Source: a bacterium | GTDB taxonomy: Bacteria > RUG730 | NCBI GenBank assembly: GCA_031551405.1 | Contig: JAVBNQ010000009.1 | Coordinates: 1-51,566 of the forward strand | Length of the DNA stretch: 51,566 bases | Direction: 5' to 3' | Shown: positions 1 to 8,199 of the stretch, one piece after another | How the letters are laid out: each line of letters opens with the position of its first letter | How positions within the stretch are numbered: position 1 is the first letter of the stretch | Position numbers and translations under genes: made by a program | The notes under the pieces: generated by a model | Databases searched by the model: none | Told to the model about the DNA's origin: nothing | Seen by the model: the letters and a program-made list of their open reading frames with translations, nothing else

Positions 1-288
1 CCTTCGGCTTTTTTGATTATCGAGACTGAAGCACAAAACGAAAAAGCGAAATCAGAGATAACAAACGATTTAGCGTCGACAACAACAAAAGTATTAATCA
101 CTCACGAAACCGGGATCGGAATAATGTACGAAGTAGACCAAAATAAAATGAGCCAAAAAATAGATATAAATCAAGCGAAAAGCATGATAATTATGGAGCG
201 AGAAAAGGTAGATGAAACAATGTTGAGAACTGCAAAAGCGAAAGTGTTAGAGATGGGGATCAGGCTAAGAAAGCTATTTAAGAGATAA
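1..288 (+). CDS. 3' end of a hypothetical protein, open from the window start (partial)
   Basis: Frame 1 is open from base 1 (cct tcg gct ttt ttg att...) to TAA at 286-288. Codons are mostly A/G-ending. No recognisable motif. Confidence 0.5.
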   Translation, partial: PSAFLIIETEAQNEKAKSEITNDLASTTTKVLITHETGIGIMYEVDQNKMSQKIDINQAKSMIIMEREKVDETMLRTAKAKVLEMGIRLRKLFKR

Positions 289-430
289 GTCGAAGCTACT
301 AAAATAAATGAAAAAACTCTACTAAAACTGAACGCCGCGGCGTAATTTAGAAGTGTATCAAGAATGGCTAAAATAATATTTTGTGTTTTGATTACTTTTT
401 AGGTGAGATCTTAAAGGTAGGTTTATTTTT

Positions 431-1399
431 TTACGAATTTGCTAGAAAAATTGCTCGAGTATGCGCAGGATATCCCTCGACGGTTTTGTTTGGATTTGTA
501 GGATCTAAGAAATCAGACAATGACTCAAAATTCATCCATTTTGTTTTGCGCTGCTCGTCATTTCCGGTTTTAGAAAGGTCAATACAACGAATATTTTTGA
601 AACCAGCTCTTTCGAGCCAAATTTCCATTGTTTTTAGTGACGGAATAAACCAAACATTTGACATTTTGCCATAAACCTCTTTTGGCGTTAAAACTGCTTC
701 TTTCTTTGAATCCAAAACCAAAGTTTCCAGAACTAATTCTCCAGCGTCCTTTAAACACGCCTTTATTTTTACCAAATGTTCGATCGGAGACTTGAGATGA
801 TACAAAACCCCCATTAAAAAAATGGTATCAAAAGCCTTGGAAACATTCGGAAAATCTTCAAAAGCAAACGGTAAAATCGCCACGTTTTTGGCTTGTACGA
901 ATTTGTTCAATAAACAAAATTGCGTAAAATATAAAAAATACGGCTCAAGTCCCAAGACGAGTTTTGCCCCGCCACCTTTCATCCGAAAAGCATAATACCC
1001 GCTTCCGGCTCCTATATCAAGAACAACTTTATTCTTAAAATCCATGTGTTTTTTAACTCGATCCCACTTCAAATTAGAACGCCATTCCGTATCCAAATCA
1101 ATCCCAAAAATCTCAAATGGCCCTTTTCTCCACGGCATTAATTTTTCTAAAACTTTTTCTAAATTTTGTTGTTGTTCGGAACTCAAAGGCTTTGTATTTT
1201 GGATTTTTATTGCGTCTGAAGTTAAATCGACTAGAGAATTTGAAAAATTTGGAAGGGTTTGAAACAATGCTTTTTGCGACAAGTAAGCTTCGAAGTTATC
1301 GCGGAATAAAGACGCCTCGTATTTGGCTTTTGTTTCGTCTGCAAAATCTTTCAAAGCCGTTGTTTTTATAATACTAAAAAAATCATTGTAATTTATCAT
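431..1399 (-). CDS. cmoB: tRNA U34 carboxymethyltransferase CmoB
   Basis: Motifs LMPWRKGPF, IDLDTEWRSNLKWDR, SAM-fold VLDIGAGSGY, MGVLYH, YGKMSNVWFIPS, FESLSDFLDP, TVEGYPA. Confidence 0.95.
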   Translation of the reverse strand: MINYNDFFSIIKTTALKDFADETKAKYEASLFRDNFEAYLSQKALFQTLPNFSNSLVDLTSDAIKIQNTKPLSSEQQQNLEKVLEKLMPWRKGPFEIFGIDLDTEWRSNLKWDRVKKHMDFKNKVVLDIGAGSGYYAFRMKGGGAKLVLGLEPYFLYFTQFCLLNKFVQAKNVAILPFAFEDFPNVSKAFDTIFLMGVLYHLKSPIEHLVKIKACLKDAGELVLETLVLDSKKEAVLTPKEVYGKMSNVWFIPSLKTMEIWLERAGFKNIRCIDLSKTGNDEQRKTKWMNFESLSDFLDPTNPNKTVEGYPAHTRAIFLANS

Positions 1400-1490
1400 A
1401 AAAAACCGCTTTATTTTTAAATTATTTTTGAAAAATAAATTTTGGATTTTTTTGAGGAAGAGTGCGAAGATTGGGTATTCCGGAAAAAAA

Positions 1491-1575
1491 CGGAGAGAGA
1501 GGGATTCGAACCCCCGGAGGCTTGCGCCTCAACGGTTTTCAAGACCGCCGCTTTAAACCACTCAGCCATCTCTCC
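1491..1575 (-). tRNA. tRNA-Ser(TGA)
   Basis: Reverse complement GGAGAGATGGCTGAGTGGTTTAAAGCGGCGGTCTTGAAAACCGTTGAGGCGCAAGCCTCCGGGGGTTCGAATCCCTCTCTCTCCG; long variable arm; CCA not encoded. Confidence 0.97.
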
Positions 1576-1582
1576 GAGCGTT

Positions 1583-1611
1583 ATAATATAAAAAAAAACT
1601 AAGTTAAGCAA
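1583..1611 (-). promoter_or_regulatory. Putative sigma70 promoter for tRNA-Ser/cmoB
   Basis: TTGCTT-17 nt-TATTAT on the minus strand, ending 7 nt before the tRNA 5' end. Confidence 0.55.
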
Positions 1612-1756
1612 TATTTTTTTTATACTTTTGCTGAGAGTAGAGATGTACCTTTATCGTGGTCAAAACCGGTTTGCCTTTAGATTTACAAAGAAATTGAATT
1701 TCTACGTTTCAATTTAAAATTCACGACTGAAAATAAAACTATTGCGCAAAAATTCG

Positions 1757-2668
1757 TCATTTTAGCGAGCCAATAATTTCCGAGATATTTTCGAGTTTAT
1801 TTTTCAAACAATAATTTTCAAGCTCGCTCACAATTTCAAGTCCGATTTTTGGATTTCTAAAATTCATCGTACCAATGCTAATAAGATTCGCTCCGGCTAT
1901 CAAAAATTCAAGCGCGTCATCTGCGCTCGCAATTCCGCCCATTCCGATAACAGGAATTTTAACTGCGCTTCTCACATCGAGCAGAAGTTTCAAAGCCAGC
2001 GGTTTTATTGCAGGTCCGGAAAATCCTGCGATTTTGTTTTTAAAATAAAACGTTTTTTTTGCAATATCGATTTTTGTTCCGAGGAAAGTGTTCGTCATAC
2101 AAATTGCGTCAGCGCCAAAATCCTCAATTTTTTTTGACAAGCTCGCAATATCAGAAAAACTTGGCGAAATTTTCACAATCAATGTTTTGTCCGTAGCTTT
2201 TTTACAATTTTTTATCAATTTTTCGAGCAAAATCCGATCTTGTCCAATTGCGAGGCAGCCTTCTTTTACGTTAGGACACGAAATATTTAGCTCAAACGCG
2301 TCGATCCTGTCGCAAGAATTTAGTCTCTCGCAAGCTTTGACGTATTCATCGACATTATTCCCGCCAATGCTCACGAAAAGTTTCACGTTTTTTATGTTTT
2401 TCCACTCATTCAAAACTTTTTTCTCGAACATCTCGAGTCCGATATTTTGTAATCCAATCGAATTCAAAAGGCCAGACGGAGTCTCCAAAATTCTCGGCAA
2501 TGGATTTCCAATTCTTGGCTCCAAAGTAATCGTTTTCGTCGTGATAGCGCCAAGTTTTTCAACGTCAATCAATTCCTTCACTTCAAGGCCATAACCAAAA
2601 GTTCCGGATGCGACTACGACGGGATTTTGTAATTTCAATTTTCCAAAATTTACCTCTAATCTTCCCAT
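1757..2668 (-). CDS. pyrD: Dihydroorotate dehydrogenase B, catalytic subunit
   Basis: ASGTFGYG, GNPLPRILET, LNSIGLQN, ELNISCPN, SGPAIKP; overlaps pyrK. Confidence 0.95.
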   Translation of the reverse strand: MGRLEVNFGKLKLQNPVVVASGTFGYGLEVKELIDVEKLGAITTKTITLEPRIGNPLPRILETPSGLLNSIGLQNIGLEMFEKKVLNEWKNIKNVKLFVSIGGNNVDEYVKACERLNSCDRIDAFELNISCPNVKEGCLAIGQDRILLEKLIKNCKKATDKTLIVKISPSFSDIASLSKKIEDFGADAICMTNTFLGTKIDIAKKTFYFKNKIAGFSGPAIKPLALKLLLDVRSAVKIPVIGMGGIASADDALEFLIAGANLISIGTMNFRNPKIGLEIVSELENYCLKNKLENISEIIGSLK

Positions 2669-3453
2669 AAAACTTCCTCGACGTCAAAAATCGCTCCGTC
2701 TTTGCAAACATTTTTGTAGATAAATCCGTTATTCTGTTTTATTTTTATCGCGCAGCCGCTGCAAATTCCGATTCCGCACGCCATATATTCCTCGAATGAA
2801 GCGTAAAATCTGAAATTTTTAACGTTTTTCTCTTTTAATTTTTCGAAACTTTTTTTAACGACAATATCCGGAGCGCACATAAAAATCAAACTGTTCGACA
2901 AATCATTAGCGCCAAAATAATCCGTTAAAAATCCTTTCTCGCCAAAAGTTCCGTCATCAGTCATAATTTTCAAATTTTCGTTCGGCTTTGGAAATTTATG
3001 CAAACAAAAAAAATCATCCGCGCTCCTTGCTCCGAGAAGAAGTCGATGCGAAACATTTTTACTTTTCAAGACTGAGTGCAGAAAATGGACGGACGCAATT
3101 CCTGTCCCTCCGCCGACAACCAATATTTTTTCGTAATTTTTGAAATCGAAATTTTGATCGAGATAATTGTTTCCCAAGCCTGCAATTAAATTTATCTCAT
3201 CACCGGCACGTTTTTGTGAAAGAAAATTCGTGCCTTTTCCGATTTTTTTATAAGCAATCGTGAAATTTTCTTCATCCGTCTCAAAAATACTGAACGGCCG
3301 CCGTAAAATCGGATCGAGTCCGCTTGAAACTTCTAACATACAAAATTGACCCGGCAAAAAAAATTTATCAGCGTTTTTCCAAGCGATTTTCATAAAAAAA
3401 TAATTTTTGCAAACTTCGATATTTTCCAAAATTTTTGAACTTTTTAATTCCAT
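2656..3453 (-). CDS. pyrK: Dihydroorotate dehydrogenase electron transfer subunit
   Basis: LRRPFSI, GGGTG, [2Fe-2S] motif EEYMACGIGICSGC...VCKDG. Confidence 0.93.
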   Translation of the reverse strand: MELKSSKILENIEVCKNYFFMKIAWKNADKFFLPGQFCMLEVSSGLDPILRRPFSIFETDEENFTIAYKKIGKGTNFLSQKRAGDEINLIAGLGNNYLDQNFDFKNYEKILVVGGGTGIASVHFLHSVLKSKNVSHRLLLGARSADDFFCLHKFPKPNENLKIMTDDGTFGEKGFLTDYFGANDLSNSLIFMCAPDIVVKKSFEKLKEKNVKNFRFYASFEEYMACGIGICSGCAIKIKQNNGFIYKNVCKDGAIFDVEEVLWED

Positions 3454-3468
3454 CAACTTCCCTCGAAA

Positions 3469-4668
3469 TTACTTTGTCTTTTTGCGAATTGAAACACTTT
3501 TTGCGTGAAATTTCAAACCTTCTGCATTTGCGATTGTCTCGATATAATTTGCGTTATTTTGCGCAAAATCGTTCGACACTTTCATTACGCTCGCTCTTTT
3601 CAAAAAAGTTTGTACCGAAAGTCCGGATGAAAATTTAGCGGCAAGATTCGTCGGCAAAGTATGGCTCGGGCCCAAAAAATAATCGCCAAAAGCAACAGTC
3701 GCGTTTTCCCCGGCAAAAATAGCTCCGGCGTTAGAAATCTTTTTTACAATCTCGTCACAAATTTTCACGTCTTTAGTCAAAATCTCCAAATGTTCTGGTG
3801 CGTGGTCGTCAATAAAATTTACGATTTCTTTGATTGTTTTTTTGAACACAAATTCGATTTGTTTTAAATTGTCTCGACTAATTTTTGCTTTGCAATCATC
3901 GAGAACTTTTTTGTCCCGCGAAATAAGAATAGCTTTTGCGTTTTTGTCGTGCTCAATTTGCGCCAAAAGATCAGCCGCTATCCAATTTGTATCGACTGTC
4001 TCGTCACCAAAAATCATCACGTCGCTAGGCCCAGCCAACATGTCAATCCCAACTTGCCCAAAAACCTGACGTTTTGCCTCATTCACAAACGCATTTCCCG
4101 GCCCAACGATGAGATCAACTTTCTCGAGCCCCTTCGTCCCATACGCCAAAGCAGCTATCCCTTGAGCTCCGCCGACGCACAAAACTTTGTCTGCTCCGGA
4201 AATGTAAAGAGCAGCTTTTACGATTTGGTTTAAATTTTTATATGGCGTCGCGACTACGATTTCTTTAACATTCGCACATTTCGCCGGAATAATCGTCATC
4301 AAAACACTGGACGGATACGGAAATTTTCCGCCCGGAATATACACTCCAACTCTTCTGACTGACGTGTTTTTTTCGGAAATACTAAAATCTTCTCCGGAAA
4401 AACTAAATTTTGCTTGAGATTTCGATATATTTTCAAATTGTTTTTTGTGATAATTAAAAATATTTTTCTTCGCTTTTTCGAGAGCTTTTGCGATTTTTTT
4501 ATCTAAATTTTTATAGTCTTTTTCAAAAATTTTTACGTCCAAAATCAAATCTTTTTCTTTGAGCTTAATATTGTCAAATTTCTCCGAATAGTCGATCAAA
4601 GCTTTGTTGCCGTTTTTTTTGACGTTTTCGATTATTTCTTTTACAACGTTTTCGATTTTTTGCTTCAA
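3469..4668 (-). CDS. hisD: Histidinol dehydrogenase
   Basis: GVYIPGG, GGAQGIAALAYG, GPGNAFV, DMLAGPS, APEHLE, GPSHTLPT; TTG start. Confidence 0.95.
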   Translation of the reverse strand: MKQKIENVVKEIIENVKKNGNKALIDYSEKFDNIKLKEKDLILDVKIFEKDYKNLDKKIAKALEKAKKNIFNYHKKQFENISKSQAKFSFSGEDFSISEKNTSVRRVGVYIPGGKFPYPSSVLMTIIPAKCANVKEIVVATPYKNLNQIVKAALYISGADKVLCVGGAQGIAALAYGTKGLEKVDLIVGPGNAFVNEAKRQVFGQVGIDMLAGPSDVMIFGDETVDTNWIAADLLAQIEHDKNAKAILISRDKKVLDDCKAKISRDNLKQIEFVFKKTIKEIVNFIDDHAPEHLEILTKDVKICDEIVKKISNAGAIFAGENATVAFGDYFLGPSHTLPTNLAAKFSSGLSVQTFLKRASVMKVSNDFAQNNANYIETIANAEGLKFHAKSVSIRKKTK

Positions 4669-4678
4669 TTTTGCCTCG

Positions 4679-5551
4679 TTATAACAAACCGTAATTTTTC
4701 ATTGCTTGCTTTAATTTTTCGACATTTTCGTTTTGCATAGCTAGCATCGGCAGCCGCATTTCGCTCGAGCAAAGTCCGAGCAGCTCCATCGCTTTTTTGA
4801 CCGGAATCGGGTTAGTCTCAATAAACATCGCTTTGACTAGCTGGTTCATTTTGTAATGATATTCTTTTGCTTTTTGCAAATCGCCTTTTTCAAAACTTTG
4901 GACGAAATTCGCGACATCTCGCGGAATAATGTTCGCCAAAACGGAAATCACTCCTCGTCCTCCAATGCTCATAACAGGCAGCGTCAATGCGTCGTCGCCG
5001 GACAAAAGTGCAAAATTTTCACCACAAGCCTCAATGATATCACTCATTTGCGTCAAATTTCCGCTCGCTTCTTTTATTCCGACGATGTTTTTGATTTTTG
5101 ATAATTTTTGAATGAGACTTACTTCCATATTGACACCAGTTCTTGACGCAATATTGTACAAAATAATCGGAATATCTGAGTTATCGGCAATCGTTTTAAA
5201 ATGTTCGTACATCCCATTTTGCGTCGGCTTATTGTAGTACGGCGCGATTATCAATGCTCCATCGGCTCCGATTTTTTTAGCATGCTGCGTCAAAAGAATC
5301 GCTTCTTTTGTGTTATTCGAGCCTGTTCCAGCTATGATTGGAATACGTTTTTTTGCTGCAAGAACAACTGTTTCAACAACGTCGTTATGTTCATCGTGAC
5401 TCAATGTCGCGGATTCTCCAGTCGTACCGCACGGAACAATCCCACTGGTGCCATTTTTTATATGCCATTCTACAAGCTCAACCAACTTATTTTTATCGAC
5501 AAGCCCATCCTTAAAAGGCGTCACTAAAGCTACAATCGATCCTCTAAACAT
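4679..5551 (-). CDS. dapA: 4-hydroxy-tetrahydrodipicolinate synthase
   Basis: GTTGESATL, PYYNKP, YNI, GIKEASG, LSGDD, ETNPIPVK. Confidence 0.97.
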   Translation of the reverse strand: MFRGSIVALVTPFKDGLVDKNKLVELVEWHIKNGTSGIVPCGTTGESATLSHDEHNDVVETVVLAAKKRIPIIAGTGSNNTKEAILLTQHAKKIGADGALIIAPYYNKPTQNGMYEHFKTIADNSDIPIILYNIASRTGVNMEVSLIQKLSKIKNIVGIKEASGNLTQMSDIIEACGENFALLSGDDALTLPVMSIGGRGVISVLANIIPRDVANFVQSFEKGDLQKAKEYHYKMNQLVKAMFIETNPIPVKKAMELLGLCSSEMRLPMLAMQNENVEKLKQAMKNYGLL

Positions 5552-5567
5552 TTTTCATCCTCCAAAT

Positions 5568-6230
5568 TTATTGTTTTTTATTAGTTTTAATCCTGGTATT
5601 TTTTGCATGTTCGACAATTAAAGCGTGAAATTCTTGAAAAAATTTATAATCTTTTTCTAAATTATCCTCAAAAAACTTTTTCATTTCGTCATATTTCGCA
5701 TTTTCGTTGAAAAATCCAAAATCCGTGAAAACTCGCTTTGTGTATGCGTCGATCAAAAATCCCGGCTGTTTGTAAGCGTAGAGCAAAATAGAATCTGCAG
5801 TTTCCGGACCTATTCCCCAAATTTGCAATAGTTGTTCTCTCGTAGGAGTTTTGGATTTTAAGTTAATGAAAAATTCTGTTATTAATTTTAATTTTTTCGT
5901 TTTTTGATTAAAATAACCGGAAGATTTTATCGTATTTTTTATAATTTCATCGTCTAATTTTAAAAATTTAGCTGCATCAAATTGCGTGAGTTTTGCAATT
6001 TCGTGCACAGATTTCGCAACGTTTTGCCAGTTCGCATTTTGAGTCAAGATCGCGCCGCAAATTATCTCAAATTTTTGCTCTTCATTTTTTGGATACGAAT
6101 AATCTTGCGGATGGTAAAACGCCGCGTCTCTTCCATCTATACTCAAAAAATCGTGAATCGGCCACCAGCCTTGAAAACCATAAATTTTTAGCAATTTTTC
6201 GTAAATTTTATAAAGCTCTTTCTTGTGCAT
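5568..6230 (-). CDS. Endonuclease III-related HhH-GPD DNA repair protein (no C-terminal Fe-S Cys motif)
   Basis: QGWWP, GAILTQNANWQNV, HhH GIGPETADSILLYA, IDAYTKR, EFHALIVEH. Confidence 0.85.
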   Translation of the reverse strand: MHKKELYKIYEKLLKIYGFQGWWPIHDFLSIDGRDAAFYHPQDYSYPKNEEQKFEIICGAILTQNANWQNVAKSVHEIAKLTQFDAAKFLKLDDEIIKNTIKSSGYFNQKTKKLKLITEFFINLKSKTPTREQLLQIWGIGPETADSILLYAYKQPGFLIDAYTKRVFTDFGFFNENAKYDEMKKFFEDNLEKDYKFFQEFHALIVEHAKNTRIKTNKKQ

Positions 6231-6257
6231 AAATTTTTGATTTTATTCTGATTTTTA

Positions 6258-6645
6258 TGGGCTGACACCTGATAAAGTTATTTAAGAAGGCTTTTCAAGT
6301 CGAAAAAAGGGATTTTTTATTACTAAGTACGCTATCCACTTTTTTTCTTGCTTTTTACATTGATACATACACAACAACTTTTAACATTTTCCATTTTTAC
6401 GCTAACGACGACTATTTTACTTTTCAGAAAACGTTGTGGCTAGCTTTGTCCATTTTTCTTTGCTCGTCCAAAGCAAAAATGGACGAAAAAGAAAGGACGC
6501 CCCGATGCTCGCGATATGGGAAGAAAATTTTCCAAAAATCTAAATTTCTAAAGATACTCGCAGCTCAAAAAGGGGCTCAAACAAGTTTAGAAATTTTAAA
6601 CGATTTTTAAAAAATTTTCCCCACCTTCACTCACACTGGGGTTTT
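6258..6645 (+). repeat. Dispersed structured intergenic element, copy A (right boundary uncertain, may extend to ~6700)
   Basis: Terminus tgggctgacacctgataaagtt...ttcaagtcgaaaaaa is shared with 24684 and with the reverse complement at 30915. 6535-6596 matches the reverse complement of copy C at 60/62 nt. Hairpin/pseudoknot at 6448-6499, long hairpin at 6500-6641. Confidence 0.85.
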
Positions 6646-6750
6646 AAAAAAATTACGTTGTAATTTTAAAAGCAAAAAAACAAAAGATTAGTTGTCCCCC
6701 TTATTTTTTTACACTCAAAGTTTTTTAGAATTAGAACTAGCCGCGTCATT

Positions 6751-8181
6751 TTACATGTTTTTATTACAGACTTGCTTTTGTTTTTTCCACATAAAAAAAC
6801 AAATTATGCCTGAAATTAAGGCCGCAACAAAAAAATAAAGACTTACATTCCCAAGCATCTCGTTGTATTTCGAAACTTTTTGCCAAGTTAAAAAGAATTT
6901 TACACTAAAAAAAACGTTAAAACCCAAAACAGCAAACCAAACCCAAAGCATCTTTTTATCTCGCGCGACTGCTTTGAAAAACCTGACAACCACAAAAACC
7001 CACAAAAACCACATTAAAAGCTCCAAAAAACTTGCGCTCGTCAAAATATAAAATAATCCAAAAAAAGGGTCTAAAATATAGCGTATTTTTGAATTTAGCT
7101 CATTTCTTTTGTATTCCAGCACTCGCGTTTCTCTTTTTCCAGCCAAAACATACAGAAGCGCATTCTTTTTCGCATCATAATCAAAACTTGAGTCCCTCCA
7201 GCCGGGAATATTCGCGATCGTCCATACATTCGTTTTGTAACACCATCCATGCCAATCCGTAGTTCCGATAAGAGTAATATTTCGTTTTTTGAAATTTCCA
7301 ATTGCGTTTTTCAAATCAACATCTTTGTAATTTTTGTGACCCATGTTTGCAATTTCTGCTGACGAAAAATCTTTTTCCAAGATAGCATTTAGCGTTATCT
7401 TTTCCCACCAAAGCGCGAGGCTAAAACAAACGTTTTTATCTTTCAAATCTAACATGTTTTTTTGGTAATTTGCGCTTGAAAGTTCATCCGGCGAAACCGC
7501 TTCATCAATATTAAAAAACAAATAAAAAACACCACTTGAATCCGGAACTTCCTCACCAAATCCAACAAATATATCCTGCCGTTTTAAGCTCTCTACATTG
7601 GTGAGATTAGGCAAAAACGAGTTGTGTTCCGTTACAAAATAAGCGTCAAAACCATTGCTTTTGTGATAATTCAACGATCTCTTAAAACTGGAAATCGCGT
7701 CCCATGAATAGTATGTGTGACTATGAAAATCAACGGCAATGTCGTCAGGATTTAATTTTTGCAACTTGTTTCCGAGATAAGGGAAAAATACGACATAAAC
7801 AATCAATAACCATAAAATCACGAATAGTTTGATAAAAAAAATCGGAAACGGATTAAATGTAAAAAAAACCTTGAGCTCGTCTTTTTTATAAAATTTTAAA
7901 CCAAAGTAAATCAAAAAATTTATTACGAAAAACCAGGACACATATGATAAGAGTTGCGTCTTCAAGTTTTGCATCTGACAAAAATAACTCGCAACATCCA
8001 AAAATGGCGCAAAAAACGTATGATTAAAATCTTTTTGAATGGAAAAATCAGTCGCAATTTTTCCGTTATTAGTTAAGTCGTAAATTTGCATCGGCTTAGT
8101 CGGGATGAAATATAAAACAAAAAATAAAATTATCAGCCAAAAATAACAATTTTTAAAATTATCAAAAAATTTTATCTTCAT
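6751..8181 (-). CDS. Multi-pass membrane protein with central PHP-family phosphoesterase domain
   Basis: Several hydrophobic segments at both ends; PHP motifs DFHSHTYYSWDA, VTEHN, GEEV, TTDWH. Confidence 0.75.
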   Translation of the reverse strand: MKIKFFDNFKNCYFWLIILFFVLYFIPTKPMQIYDLTNNGKIATDFSIQKDFNHTFFAPFLDVASYFCQMQNLKTQLLSYVSWFFVINFLIYFGLKFYKKDELKVFFTFNPFPIFFIKLFVILWLLIVYVVFFPYLGNKLQKLNPDDIAVDFHSHTYYSWDAISSFKRSLNYHKSNGFDAYFVTEHNSFLPNLTNVESLKRQDIFVGFGEEVPDSSGVFYLFFNIDEAVSPDELSSANYQKNMLDLKDKNVCFSLALWWEKITLNAILEKDFSSAEIANMGHKNYKDVDLKNAIGNFKKRNITLIGTTDWHGWCYKTNVWTIANIPGWRDSSFDYDAKKNALLYVLAGKRETRVLEYKRNELNSKIRYILDPFFGLFYILTSASFLELLMWFLWVFVVVRFFKAVARDKKMLWVWFAVLGFNVFFSVKFFLTWQKVSKYNEMLGNVSLYFFVAALISGIICFFMWKKQKQVCNKNM

Positions 8182-8199
8182 ATTTTCTCATTGAGATTT

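Noticed and set aside
289-345. Possible tmRNA tag reading frame (ends LNAAA)
   Set aside because: No tRNA-like tmRNA ends or pseudoknots visible nearby; better explained as a CDS tail
363-381. 17/19-nt match aatggctaaaataatattt with 51111-51129, considered as a terminal repeat or att site
   Set aside because: Short and AT-rich, and a similar aatggctaaa occurs in the tRNA-Ala promoter; chance or a promoter-like motif is as likely
1417-1611. 64-aa ORF MLNLVFF...[14 protein letters not shown]
   Set aside because: It is a translation of tRNA-Ser, not a protein
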